Shown: one piece after another, positions 13,676 through 23,272 of the stretch | Position numbering within the stretch: the first letter of the stretch is position 1 | How the letters are laid out: every line of letters starts with the position of its first letter | NCBI GenBank assembly: GCA_902769585.1 | Contig: CACXPT010000024.1 | Coordinates: 12,682-44,681 of the forward strand | From: an uncultured bacterium | GTDB lineage: Bacteria; Verrucomicrobiota; Kiritimatiellia; RFP12; UBA1067 | Direction: 5' to 3' | Length of the DNA stretch: 32,000 nt | The notes under the pieces: generated by a model | The model's database searches: none | Seen by the model: only the letters and a program-made list of their open reading frames with translations | Told to the model about the DNA's origin: nothing | Made by a program: the position numbers and the translations under genes

Positions 13676-14890
13676 ATGGCGGGGTTCCGGTCGATGGCGA
13701 ATAGGAACATGAGGCCACAGACTGGCAACAAGCGCGTGGTGATCGCGCTGCAGATGGCGGGCAAGCCCGGACAACGAAAGATGTCCGGCATTCTAGACTA
13801 TCTGGCGGAAAAGGATCTGCGCTGGGAAATCCGATTCGTGCGGCATCGCGAAGACTTCTCGCCTGATTTCGTTCGCGCGCTCGCCGCAAATCCGGTAGAC
13901 GGCATCCTGTATTCGTTCGACACCGTACCGACCGTCGAGGCGGAGCTGGCGAAGATCGACATCCCGACCGTCGGCCTGGACGTGTTCGACCAGTCGCCGC
14001 TGTGCGGGCGCACGCGGAATCTGGCGCTTGTGGTCGGAGATTGCGCGGCAGTGGGGCAGGCGGCGGCGGACTTGCTGCTGGATTCAGGCGTCTTTCGCCG
14101 TTTCGCGTTTGTGCCGGACGTACATCACCGCATCTGGGGAAAACTTAGGGGTCGGGCATTCATGGAACGTCTGAAGGCGCATGGCTTTTCGGCGGATACC
14201 TATCGCCGCTCGCGCGGGGCTGCAAACGATGTCGCTGAGTTGGTGGCGTGGCTGAAGGGACGTCACAAGCCCTGCGGCGTGTTCGTCGCGTTCGACGACC
14301 GGGCGCTGGACGTGATGGAGGCCTGCCGCATGGCCGAGATTCGCGTGCCGCAGGATGTCGCCGTCGTCAGCGTGGACAACGACGAGATGCTGTGCGAACA
14401 TACGGTTCCCGCGTTGACGAGCATCCAGCCCGACCATGTGGCGCAGGGCCGCCTTGCGGCAGAACTGCTGTGCGGGATGATGGAGGGGCATGTCACAACC
14501 ATGGTTCGCCGCGAAAGTTGCGGCATCAGGCAGGTGGCGGTGCGCGAATCGACGCCGAAGGTCTCGAACGCCGGACGCCTTGTGCAGCGGGCTGTCGCCT
14601 ATATTCAGTCTCATGCGACGAAGGGGATCGGCGTCAGGGAGGTGGTCGCGCACCTCAAGTGTTCGCGCCGGCTGGCCGATCTCCGCTTCCGCGAACTGCA
14701 GGGGATGTCCATCCTCGAGGCCATCCGCAAAGTTCAGATGGACGAGGTGTGCCGCCTCCTGCGCACGACCAATCTTTCTACGTCCGCCATCGCCGCCCAG
14801 ACGGGCTTTGCCAGCGCGAAGCACCTCCCCGAACAGTTTAAGGCCGCTTTCGGTTGCTCGATGGGCGCGTATAGAACCACGATTGCCTAA
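13676..14890 (+). CDS. XylR-type regulator: LacI-like periplasmic-binding-fold sensor fused to an AraC-family HTH
   Basis: The sensor part has VVSVDNDEMLCEHTVPALTSIQPD, typical of Peripla_BP folds. The C-terminal AraC HTH reads LKCSRRLADLRFRELQGMSILEAIRKVQMDEVCRLL...IAAQTGFASAKHLPEQFKAAFGCSMGAYR. The start could instead be ATG 13694 or 13709. Confidence 0.8.
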   Translation: MAGFRSMANRNMRPQTGNKRVVIALQMAGKPGQRKMSGILDYLAEKDLRWEIRFVRHREDFSPDFVRALAANPVDGILYSFDTVPTVEAELAKIDIPTVGLDVFDQSPLCGRTRNLALVVGDCAAVGQAAADLLLDSGVFRRFAFVPDVHHRIWGKLRGRAFMERLKAHGFSADTYRRSRGAANDVAELVAWLKGRHKPCGVFVAFDDRALDVMEACRMAEIRVPQDVAVVSVDNDEMLCEHTVPALTSIQPDHVAQGRLAAELLCGMMEGHVTTMVRRESCGIRQVAVRESTPKVSNAGRLVQRAVAYIQSHATKGIGVREVVAHLKCSRRLADLRFRELQGMSILEAIRKVQMDEVCRLLRTTNLSTSAIAAQTGFASAKHLPEQFKAAFGCSMGAYRTTIA

Positions 14891-14906
14891 AATCGGGTTA
14901 TTTTTT
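14880..14906 (+). terminator. Weak intrinsic-terminator-like element after the regulator gene
   Basis: A 5-bp stem pairs CGATT (14880-14884) with AATCG (14891-14895). It is followed by GGTTATTTTTT. The stem is short and AT-rich. Confidence 0.25.
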
Positions 14907-14919
14907 GCCTGTAACGGGA

Positions 14920-14949
14920 TTGTGCGTGAGGATGGGTCTATGGTAAACT
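14920..14949 (+). promoter_or_regulatory. Sigma70-like promoter upstream of the repeat-protein/hydrolase gene string
   Basis: The -35 is TTGTGC at 14920-14925. An 18-nt spacer follows. The extended -10 TGGTAAACT lies at 14941-14949. AAAGGA and ATG 14985 lie downstream. Confidence 0.35.
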
Positions 14950-14984
14950 TCTAACCAACCTATGCCAAGAAAGGACATCGTGCG

Positions 14985-17510
14985 ATGATGGAAAAAGGAA
15001 TGGAAAGAGTTTTCGGCGAAAAGCTGTGTGCGGGTGTGCCGCCTGTATTTGTCGCCATAGCGCTCGCGATAGTCGCGCGGAGTGCGGCAGCCGTTGTGGT
15101 TGATGGCGTGGCGTATGATGCCACCACGGGGTACGTGCTGATGAGTGCGAACGATACTGGGGAATACAGTTCCGTGACAGGTGCATTACACTGGGTCGGA
15201 CAGACGGAGCCGCCTCAACCCGACAAGAACTATTTTATCCAAACTAGCAAAATCTTACGGACTCCGAAGAACGGGAATACCGCCGCATTTCCTCTCCTCA
15301 CGTTTGCCGGTCAGTCGCTGACGCTTGGCGGCGGACAGATCACGCATGCGCTCAACTCTGGCATGGGCGAGGACAAAACGCCTGGTATTGCATGGGGCAA
15401 TCTGCGGATATTGGGCGGCAAATACATCGCCGGTTGCCAGTTGAATGTCATTAAGAACAGCCAGATCTCATTTGTGCCGACCAGCTTGGGACCCGTCGAA
15501 TTTGACTTCAACCAGACTAGTCCTGGAACTAAAGGCACGGGACTCTATTTCAGGCAAACAACATTCTCCAACACTAGTTCGGGCGCGACGGCAATCTTTT
15601 ACAATTCAAAGCGGACCGACAGTACGGGAATAATCTTCCGCGACTGCGATTTTAGCGGCTTCAATGGATCGTTTCAATTCGGCAAGCAAGGGATAGGCAC
15701 ATCTACATACGCCGACTTCGGCAACGGAACCGTATTCCCCGGTACGGTTGTGATTGAGACCAATGCCGAGTTTCACGCAACGGCAACTTCTGGAAGCCTG
15801 ACGCTGGACGCCTTGACGATTAAGCAAGGTGGAGTTTTCTATTTTCCAAAGACAGGCGTGACATTGAATGTCGGGACTTTGCGTAACGAGGACGGACGCA
15901 TGGTGAGTTTAGACAGCGCGTCTGCGCCAGGAATCGTGAACGTGACGAACAATTTCGTGACGGATCGGACGCTTGTCTTGTCGGGGTTTGGCTACACCGT
16001 CACTACAGGTACTGCGCAAACGGCGTCGATACCGTTCATGTCGGTTCCCGAGGGGACAACGATACATGACGGTCTGTTCGAGTACAAGCCTGTTTCGGGT
16101 GGTCTGCCCAACATCGTCGTATCGTCAGAGACTGTCGGTGGCACGATTTGCCTAAGCGTTGCGAAGAAGGAGATTGAGACGATCAAGAACAGGGATTCCA
16201 GCGCGAATGGCGGCTCGTCGTTTCAGGAGTCCAGAACCTCCAACTGGTCGGATGGGCGGCAGCCGCATTCCGGGGTGGACTACGTGGTGGGTCTTTCTGG
16301 TTACGGCAACCAGCTGATGACGGGCGACACGACCGGCGCTGCCAACGCGGCGGCTGGTGCCTGCATGTTCGCGGGCGACTCCTTCACGGTGTTGGGCGGG
16401 ACGATGGCGCTCTGCGACGTCTACCTGAATGTCTTTTCAAACTTGACGGTGGTAGCTGGCGGCACGATATCCGCTTTTACCGGCCAGGGACGCGCTAACG
16501 TGTTGCGAGGTAACACGCTGACGCTTTTGCAGTCGTCTACATCGCCCTCTGCGCTGATCTCTTGCCAGGGCGGCGCATGGCTCGTGGTGGAGAATGAACT
16601 TCTTGGAAGCGCCGACCTGGACATCTGCCGCCATTCCAACGCTTCGAAAATGTACGCCTGCCTGATTGACCTGCGCGCGTTAAATACGAACTACACGGGG
16701 CGCATTACACTGGCTTGTGGCGGCTGGCGCACCGGGACGAACTGGGAAGGGGACAACATGTCCAGGCAAGTCACCCTCAACGTAGACGACGCGCGTAACC
16801 TGGGCGGCCCGCTGGCGTCTTTCACGTATGACGCGCTGCGCGTCCGAGATTGCCAGATCCTGTCGGTCACGAACGACGTGGCGTTCACGGAGCAGACGCG
16901 CGGGCTCTTCATCGATGGATGCGCCCGCTTCAACGTGGCTTCCGGCAAGACGCTGACGCTGGCGCAGCCGCTGACGTTCGCCGGCAAGTTGCGCAAGGAG
17001 GGCGCGGGCATGCTTGCGATGGGCGGCACGGTGGCCTTCACGGCGGACCGTCTTTCCGATCCGGACGGACTTGACGGCACAAACGTGCTGGAGGTGGTCG
17101 AAGGTTCCGTCAAACCCCTTTCCAAGACGGCTGCCGACGGTCTTGCCTTCTCGTTCGCAAGCGGAACATCTCTCGCGCTCGACATCGCGCCGTCCAATGC
17201 CGACATGGCGCAGTATGGCCTCTACGACGTGAAGGCGGATGCGCCCGTCACGCTAGCCGAGGGCATGCCCACGCTGCCGGTGACGCTCAACACGGACGGA
17301 ATCGCCGAACCGGCCCCTGTCTACGAAGTGGCGCTTGCGACGGTCAAGGACCGCACGCTGGCCACGGCATTGAAGGGACGGCTGTCCGTGACGAAGCCGT
17401 GGCCGAACTACGTGGCCGAGTTGTCCCTGCGCGACAATCCGGGCGATGGGAACAGCTGTACGGTTGTCGCGCGGATTCGTCTGGCCGGGCTGACGGTCAT
17501 TTTCCGGTAG
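14985..17510 (+). CDS. Large secreted autotransporter-associated beta-strand-repeat (PATR-like) protein, probably a beta-helical surface protein
   Basis: The ORF is 841 aa. A signal-peptide-like N-terminus is present (VPPVFVAIALAIVARSAAA). The sequence is Gly/Thr/Asn-rich and beta-helix-like throughout. The PATR-like segment is FAGKLRKEGAGMLAMGGTVAF. It ends in ...RIRLAGLTVIFR*. Confidence 0.7.
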   Translation: MMEKGMERVFGEKLCAGVPPVFVAIALAIVARSAAAVVVDGVAYDATTGYVLMSANDTGEYSSVTGALHWVGQTEPPQPDKNYFIQTSKILRTPKNGNTAAFPLLTFAGQSLTLGGGQITHALNSGMGEDKTPGIAWGNLRILGGKYIAGCQLNVIKNSQISFVPTSLGPVEFDFNQTSPGTKGTGLYFRQTTFSNTSSGATAIFYNSKRTDSTGIIFRDCDFSGFNGSFQFGKQGIGTSTYADFGNGTVFPGTVVIETNAEFHATATSGSLTLDALTIKQGGVFYFPKTGVTLNVGTLRNEDGRMVSLDSASAPGIVNVTNNFVTDRTLVLSGFGYTVTTGTAQTASIPFMSVPEGTTIHDGLFEYKPVSGGLPNIVVSSETVGGTICLSVAKKEIETIKNRDSSANGGSSFQESRTSNWSDGRQPHSGVDYVVGLSGYGNQLMTGDTTGAANAAAGACMFAGDSFTVLGGTMALCDVYLNVFSNLTVVAGGTISAFTGQGRANVLRGNTLTLLQSSTSPSALISCQGGAWLVVENELLGSADLDICRHSNASKMYACLIDLRALNTNYTGRITLACGGWRTGTNWEGDNMSRQVTLNVDDARNLGGPLASFTYDALRVRDCQILSVTNDVAFTEQTRGLFIDGCARFNVASGKTLTLAQPLTFAGKLRKEGAGMLAMGGTVAFTADRLSDPDGLDGTNVLEVVEGSVKPLSKTAADGLAFSFASGTSLALDIAPSNADMAQYGLYDVKADAPVTLAEGMPTLPVTLNTDGIAEPAPVYEVALATVKDRTLATALKGRLSVTKPWPNYVAELSLRDNPGDGNSCTVVARIRLAGLTVIFR

Positions 17511-17531
17511 AACGTCCACGAGAGGAATGTT

Positions 17532-20500
17532 ATGAAGCGACTGATCATTGCCGCCTGTCTTGCATGGGTGGCTGAGGCTGGGTTGTGCGCCGCAGGGCGC
17601 GTGACGGTGCTCGACATGGGCCTCGAAGCCGGCGTGACCAACAGGTTCGGCTGCGCGAGCGCGCCGGCGGCGTTCGTGCGCGCCTTGGGCGGCACGTACG
17701 ACGTGCGGGTCGTTCCCCATGCCACCGCGATTGCCGATGGTGCGTTCGACGCGGCCAAGACAGATCTGCTCGTCATACCTTCGGGTGCGCTCTTCCCGCA
17801 GAATGCCGCAAAGGAGATCGTTGGCTACTTGAAGAAGGGCGGCCTTCTGCTCACTTCCGGCGGCTATGCGTTCGACGAGCCGCGGGTGTTCAGGGACGGG
17901 GAGTGGAGTCTCTCGGACAGGGCGGCCATTCCAGAGCCTGTCTGCACGAATCCGGTCGCGATGCCGCCGCCGTCCGCATGGACGCATGTGACGTTCCCCG
18001 GATCGCGCACTGAGGTTGAAGAGGACCTTGCGCCTGACGGGCGCAAGGTCATGAAGATCTACACGAAGTTGATGCTGCGCTACAATCTGGGGACGATGGC
18101 GGTGTCTCCGAAGATGATGGCGGGCAGGAGCGCATTTGGCTTTAGGGCCAAGACGGATGCGGAGTTGAAGACTTTCCGCGTGGAGATCACCGAGCGCGAC
18201 GGCACCCGCTGGAGGGCGGACCTGCCGGCATCTTCCGAGTGGAAGGACTACCGCCTCGCCTGGGACACGTTTGAGTTCCATGCCGACAGCCCTACGAAGA
18301 AGACGCGTGGCAGGAAAGGCGACCACGTCCGCTTTCAGGACGCGGTGCGCCTCAGCTTCGGCGTCACGCATGGCGTCGGAAACAAGCTTCGCGTCCCCCA
18401 TGCGCTCTGGATTTCCGACGTGAACGTCGGGGACGATCCGTTCGCGGACAAGCGCACGGCCTTGGAGCATCCGGCTTGGATCAACACGCGCAACTATCCG
18501 CGAGGCTGGCATGACGAGCCGCGTCCCGACCAGATCGGCGTGTTCTCCCCCGCCTATCGTCTGGAAGGCGTCGCCGGCATCCGAAACGATCCTGCGACGG
18601 CAGACCTCTTCGCGCCGTTTGCGCGCACGGGGGACTTCGGCGGCTGGGATGCCTCCGCGATGCTCACGCCAAAGATAAACGCCCATGCCAAGAACAGGGC
18701 CGCCTACCGCCCCGTGCTCGCCTGCCGAGACGGCGAAGGGAACCTGCGCGGGCGTGCGGCATGCCTCGTCTACCATTACGACGGGATCTTCAAAGGGTCT
18801 TCATGGGCCCTGTTCGGCATCGACAACCGCGACCTTTTCGCGTCGCCGGAGGCGGACGGGCTGCTGCGCAGTATGGTAGACGCGCTCTTCCGGCGCGTCT
18901 ACCTGTCCGTGACGGCCCCCGTTTGGGCGTGCTATCGTCCCGGGGAAACCGCGACGTTCGCCACGCATGTCAAGAACTTCTCGCCTGTCGCCGCGTCGGG
19001 GACGGTCGTGTTCACGCTTGCGGACGAGCAGGGAGAGGTGGTGCAGCGGGCCGAGCGTCCGTTCTCCGCCGCATCGCGCACGGATCAGCGTCTCACGATG
19101 GACTGGCCCGTGCCGGCGGATGCGAAGGACTTCTACCGCCTGAAGGCCGAGCTTGTCATGGACGGCCGGATCGTCGATCGCGAGGAGACCGCCATAGCCG
19201 TCTGGAACGCGCAGACCATCGCACACGGGCCGAAGGTCGGCATGGACGGCACGTTCTTCACGGTCAACGGGAGAAAGCAGTTCCTCGTCGGCGCCCAGAT
19301 GTTCCTTGCCCGCCAAACGTCACACACCGCTGGATCGGCGATGCGGTTCTACGACGACTTCAAGGCAATGAATCGGGCGAGCATGACCGTCTCGCGCAAC
19401 TTCTTCGGCATTGACGCGAGGACGAAAGAGCCGGAGCGCACGCGAGTCGTTCGCCTCATGGACGCCTGCGTGTTGCTCTCGCAGAAGTTCTCCATCGTGA
19501 ACTACTTCACCCCGTGCTGCGGCAACGCGATTCCGCAGGACGAGGCCGGGCAGAAGGCGGAAGGGGACTTCGTGGCATTCTTTGCCGACCGTTACCGCGA
19601 CGTCCCCGGATTCATCATGGACGTGCGCAACGAGCCGCGCATTGAGCGCAAGGCGGGCGACGCGCGCAGCCTAAGGGAGATGGGCGAGGTGTTCCTCGCG
19701 TGGAGCCGCGCGACGGCGGAGGGCGCGCATCGCGGCAACATGGATGTCATCGCGGCGACGGGCTGGAGCCAGGGGTGGGGCGGCGGTCCGGTCATCAAGG
19801 ATCCTCCCACGGCGTCCATGCCGTTCGATTTCACCGACTGCCACTATTACGGCGACAACGAGAACCATATTGCGGAAATCAAGAAAATTGATCATCGCGT
19901 CTGGGGCAAGCCTGCGGTCATGGGCGAGTTCGGCTGCGCGTTCAACCCGATGCGCATACCGTATTCCGACTCCTTCGCCACCATTGAGGAGGCGTCGCGA
20001 CGCTACCGCTGTCAGGCCGTCCGTACGTTCGGCTGCGGCTACGCCTTCATGTGCCATTACGGGTGGACCGACCTCATCGAGGGCCTCTGCACGTTCGCCT
20101 TGTGCCACTGGGACGGCAATCCACGGCCTGTCGTGGACATCTACTCCAATATCAGTCGCACGTTCTCTTGGCTTACGCCCGTAGAGAACCCGCCGGATAC
20201 CGTCTTGCTGATTTCCGAAACGCGCCTTGAATACAGTCAGGACAAATGGGACGCGCTGGTCGTGTACCGTGCCGTCTGCAACGCGCTTGCCTGGCATGGC
20301 GTGAACTTTTCCGTTCTTCCGGAGTCCGAACGCGCCCGCGTGCCGGCTTCCGTGAAGCTGACGATCTGTTCGGACGAGTTCAATGACGCAAAGTTTGTCG
20401 ATCCCGTCGACGGCGTGGCGGTGTTGCGCAAGGCGATCGGCGACCGCATTCGCGCGTCTGGCGTGACCTCTACGCGGTTGGCCGGTGATCCCGACACACT

Positions 20501-20675
20501 TGAGACATACCGTGTTCCCGGCAAGGGAGCGACCGCCTGGCTGTTCTGGAACGGCGACGAGAAAAGGCCGGTGAACGTGGAACGGGACGGCCATCGGCTG
20601 ACCATCGGAGCAGAGCGCGGCGGCTATCTCCAGATTTCCGATGATGGACGCGTGGAGGTGGCAACCGAACTCTGA
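17532..20675 (+). CDS. Secreted multidomain putative glycoside hydrolase (clan GH-A TIM barrel with N-terminal accessory domains)
   Basis: GAGAGGAA lies upstream. The signal peptide is MKRLIIAACLAWVAEAGLCAA. The catalytic-type motifs are FIMDVRNEP (acid/base) and VMGEFGCAF (nucleophile). The upstream regions look like a GATase1/ThuA-like domain (DLLVIPSGALFP...GGLLLTSGGYAFDEP), a beta-sandwich domain and an Ig-like domain. Confidence 0.65.
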   Translation: MKRLIIAACLAWVAEAGLCAAGRVTVLDMGLEAGVTNRFGCASAPAAFVRALGGTYDVRVVPHATAIADGAFDAAKTDLLVIPSGALFPQNAAKEIVGYLKKGGLLLTSGGYAFDEPRVFRDGEWSLSDRAAIPEPVCTNPVAMPPPSAWTHVTFPGSRTEVEEDLAPDGRKVMKIYTKLMLRYNLGTMAVSPKMMAGRSAFGFRAKTDAELKTFRVEITERDGTRWRADLPASSEWKDYRLAWDTFEFHADSPTKKTRGRKGDHVRFQDAVRLSFGVTHGVGNKLRVPHALWISDVNVGDDPFADKRTALEHPAWINTRNYPRGWHDEPRPDQIGVFSPAYRLEGVAGIRNDPATADLFAPFARTGDFGGWDASAMLTPKINAHAKNRAAYRPVLACRDGEGNLRGRAACLVYHYDGIFKGSSWALFGIDNRDLFASPEADGLLRSMVDALFRRVYLSVTAPVWACYRPGETATFATHVKNFSPVAASGTVVFTLADEQGEVVQRAERPFSAASRTDQRLTMDWPVPADAKDFYRLKAELVMDGRIVDREETAIAVWNAQTIAHGPKVGMDGTFFTVNGRKQFLVGAQMFLARQTSHTAGSAMRFYDDFKAMNRASMTVSRNFFGIDARTKEPERTRVVRLMDACVLLSQKFSIVNYFTPCCGNAIPQDEAGQKAEGDFVAFFADRYRDVPGFIMDVRNEPRIERKAGDARSLREMGEVFLAWSRATAEGAHRGNMDVIAATGWSQGWGGGPVIKDPPTASMPFDFTDCHYYGDNENHIAEIKKIDHRVWGKPAVMGEFGCAFNPMRIPYSDSFATIEEASRRYRCQAVRTFGCGYAFMCHYGWTDLIEGLCTFALCHWDGNPRPVVDIYSNISRTFSWLTPVENPPDTVLLISETRLEYSQDKWDALVVYRAVCNALAWHGVNFSVLPESERARVPASVKLTICSDEFNDAKFVDPVDGVAVLRKAIGDRIRASGVTSTRLAGDPDTLETYRVPGKGATAWLFWNGDEKRPVNVERDGHRLTIGAERGGYLQISDDGRVEVATEL

Positions 20676-20745
20676 ACCCTCTGCGGTCCGATGACGGAAC
20701 TGCATGATATCTTCAATCAAAGGACAAGGAGTGATCGTGAACAAC

Positions 20746-21855
20746 ATGAAAACGTTTAGGTTTTGTTATTTGCTGTTGGCGGCGGGGATTTGCCTGTTGG
20801 CCGACGTGGCGCGCGCGGAGCGCACGTGGAAAATCCCCGAGGATTTCCAGTGGGGTGTCACGTTTGGGTTCTACGCGACGAACGGCTACTTCTCGTCATC
20901 CGTGGCGAAGGACGAGATCGAGGCAATCGCCCGTGCCGGCGCGACGTGGGTAACGGTCGTGCCGACGGTCTGGCAGGACGAGGGGGCGTCCGCGTTCCAG
21001 TACAAGGACTTCGCGCACACGCCGAACGACATCGAGCTCATGGACGCCATCGACCTCATCCACGCGAAGGGGATGAAGGTGCAGCTGCGCCCGATGCTGG
21101 AGTGCAAGGACGGTTACGGGCGTCTAGGCGTGTGGATGAACAAGGACCGCGAACGCATGCCGGGGCGCGTGAGCGACGGCCGCACGCGCTGGTTCGCCTC
21201 CATGCGCGAGCGAAGCGTTTACTATGCGCGGATTGCCCAGCGCACGAAGTGCGAGCTGTTCTGCCTTGACAGCGAGCTGGACAAGATGGTGGAGGAAAGC
21301 GCGAAGTGGAAGTCGGTCGTGGCGGCCGTGCGTGGCGTCTACTCCGGTCCTGTGACGAGCTGCCACACGCTCCACACGGGCGAGGTGGACTTCCTCGCCT
21401 TCCTGTCGAAGAAGGACCACTGGTTCTACGACCTCGACTTCCTCTCCATCTCCTACTACTGCTCGGCGCGGCGCAAGGACGAAATGGGGAAGGCGCTGAC
21501 CGTCGACGACATGGTGAATAACCTCGCCGGGGCGCACGCGCGGATGAAGGCGATTGCGGACGCCATGGGAAGGCCGATCATCTTCGGCGAATGCGGGTGC
21601 TCGTCCACGCAGGACGGCGCGCGGTCTCCTTCCGGCATCTTCACGGTCGTGGACGAGGACGAGCAGGCCAACTACATGGAGGCGCTCTTCCGCGTGTTCG
21701 CGCACGAATCCTGGTGCCGAGGCTTCCACTGGTGGAAGTGGGACCAGAACTCGCCGACGAAGCCGGACAGCACGCGCGAAAGCACGCTCGCCCGCGATTT
21801 CACGTTCCGTGGCAAGAAGGCCGAGGCCGTCTTCCGCCGTTGGGCACGGAAATAA
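20746..21855 (+). CDS. Secreted putative TIM-barrel glycoside hydrolase (family not resolved)
   Basis: This is ORF 20704..21855 with the start at ATG 20746, which has AAGGAG upstream. The signal peptide is MKTFRFCYLLLAAGICLLADVARA. The motifs FCLDSELD and IIFGECGC are spaced like GH-A acid/base and nucleophile strands. It ends in WWKWD. Confidence 0.55.
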   Translation: MKTFRFCYLLLAAGICLLADVARAERTWKIPEDFQWGVTFGFYATNGYFSSSVAKDEIEAIARAGATWVTVVPTVWQDEGASAFQYKDFAHTPNDIELMDAIDLIHAKGMKVQLRPMLECKDGYGRLGVWMNKDRERMPGRVSDGRTRWFASMRERSVYYARIAQRTKCELFCLDSELDKMVEESAKWKSVVAAVRGVYSGPVTSCHTLHTGEVDFLAFLSKKDHWFYDLDFLSISYYCSARRKDEMGKALTVDDMVNNLAGAHARMKAIADAMGRPIIFGECGCSSTQDGARSPSGIFTVVDEDEQANYMEALFRVFAHESWCRGFHWWKWDQNSPTKPDSTRESTLARDFTFRGKKAEAVFRRWARK

Positions 21856-21884
21856 AAGGGGAAGACGGCGGCTGGATGATACTG

Positions 21885-21913
21885 TTGCATGCACAGGGGT
21901 GATGTGGTACAAT
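21885..21913 (+). promoter_or_regulatory. Sigma70-like promoter of the AAA_14/DUF4143-type ATPase gene
   Basis: The -35 is TTGCAT at 21885-21890. A 17-nt spacer follows. The extended -10 TGGTACAAT lies at 21905-21913. The start codon is 45 nt downstream, after a purine-rich leader. Confidence 0.5.
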
Positions 21914-21958
21914 TATCGCGTTTCAAAAACATTGGAAAGCCAAGAAAGAAGAAAGAGC

Positions 21959-23272
21959 ATGATAAAACGCGATTATTATCTTGAGAAAATCAAAGATAAG
22001 ATGTGGAATGGGGCGGTGAAAATCATCACCGGTATTCGGCGTTGCGGGAAAAGCTACATTCTGAATGAGATATTTCGCGGCTATTTGCTTGAGTCTGGTG
22101 TTACGCCAGATCACATCATTTCAGTATCTCTTGAACTTGAGGAATTTGAATCGCTTCAGAATCCCCGTGAATTGAGTAGATATGTTCGTGAGCGTGTCCG
22201 TGACGGCGGTCGCTATTACGTCTTCATCGATGAAATACAGGAAGCGCGAAAAGTGTTGAAGGAGGGTGTCGATCCTGCAAAAACGGCCAAGGAGGACGAG
22301 CCGGGGATTTGGTTTACGTTCTATGATGTTCTGAATTCCCTGAACGCCAAGGCGAATCTTGACATCTACGTGACAGGCTCTAACTCAAAGATGCTATCAA
22401 AAGACGTTGCGACGAATTTCCGTGGCAGGAAAACGGAGATCGAGATGCACCCCTTGTCATTCTCGGAGTTTCACGAATGGAAGGGCGGCGATCTTTTGCG
22501 GGATTGGGACGAATACCTGACGTTTGGCGGAATGCCTCAGACAGTGCTGGAGAGGAACGAGAGGGAGAAAGTAGCTGTTCTCAACGAACTTTTCGGCAAT
22601 GTCTATATCAAGGACGTTGTTGAACGAAACGGGATTGCCGATGCGACGTTGCTGGAGTCGATCATAGACGTGGTGTCGAGTGCCGTCGGTTCGTTGACAA
22701 ATCCCAAGCGGCTGTCGGACACGATCATCAGCCGCGAGGGAGGAGGGCCGTCTGCGCCGACCGTCAGGAAATATCTTGGGTTCCTCAAGGAGGCATATAT
22801 CTTCAGGGAGGCAAAACGCTACGATGTCCGTGGCAGAAGATACCTCGACTATCCAATGAAGTATTATGCGGAAGATGTCGGACTGCGGAATGCGCGGCTG
22901 GGGTTTCGCGAGCAGGAGGAGACGCATCTGATGGAAAACGTCATTTTCAACGAGCTGGTACGACTCGGCTATTCAGTTGACGTCGGCGTCGTTGAGGTCT
23001 GGGACGAGGAAGGCGGGAAGAGCGTTGTGCGGCATCTTGAAATCGACTTCATCGTCAACACGGGATTTGAAAAGATCTACATCCAAAGCGCTTTCAGCGT
23101 TTCGGATGCGCAGTACAGGGCGCGGGAAGTGCTTCCTTTCAGCAAGACAGGCGACAACTTCAGGAAAATTGTCGTCACATCCGGGGCATCGCGCCTGTGG
23201 ACCGACGACATCGGCATCTCTTACGTCGGGGTTCTGACGTTTCTGCTGGATCCCGAAAGTGTGTTGCCGTGA
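21959..23272 (+). CDS. Stand-alone AAA+ ATPase of the AAA_14 + DUF4143 type (COG1373-like)
   Basis: This is ORF 21554..23272 with the start at ATG 21959. Walker A is GIRRCGKSY and Walker B is YYVFIDEIQ. The C-terminal half is typical of the family (YIFREAKRYDVRGRRYLDYPMKYYAEDVGLRN...LEIDFIV). GC content is visibly much lower than in neighbouring genes. Confidence 0.8.
   Translation: MIKRDYYLEKIKDKMWNGAVKIITGIRRCGKSYILNEIFRGYLLESGVTPDHIISVSLELEEFESLQNPRELSRYVRERVRDGGRYYVFIDEIQEARKVLKEGVDPAKTAKEDEPGIWFTFYDVLNSLNAKANLDIYVTGSNSKMLSKDVATNFRGRKTEIEMHPLSFSEFHEWKGGDLLRDWDEYLTFGGMPQTVLERNEREKVAVLNELFGNVYIKDVVERNGIADATLLESIIDVVSSAVGSLTNPKRLSDTIISREGGGPSAPTVRKYLGFLKEAYIFREAKRYDVRGRRYLDYPMKYYAEDVGLRNARLGFREQEETHLMENVIFNELVRLGYSVDVGVVEVWDEEGGKSVVRHLEIDFIVNTGFEKIYIQSAFSVSDAQYRAREVLPFSKTGDNFRKIVVTSGASRLWTDDIGISYVGVLTFLLDPESVLP

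Noticed and set aside
17253-18776. 507-aa minus-strand ORF spanning the PATR and hydrolase genes
   Set aside because: It is an Arg-rich shadow frame. It crosses the intergenic gap of two well-supported plus-strand genes.
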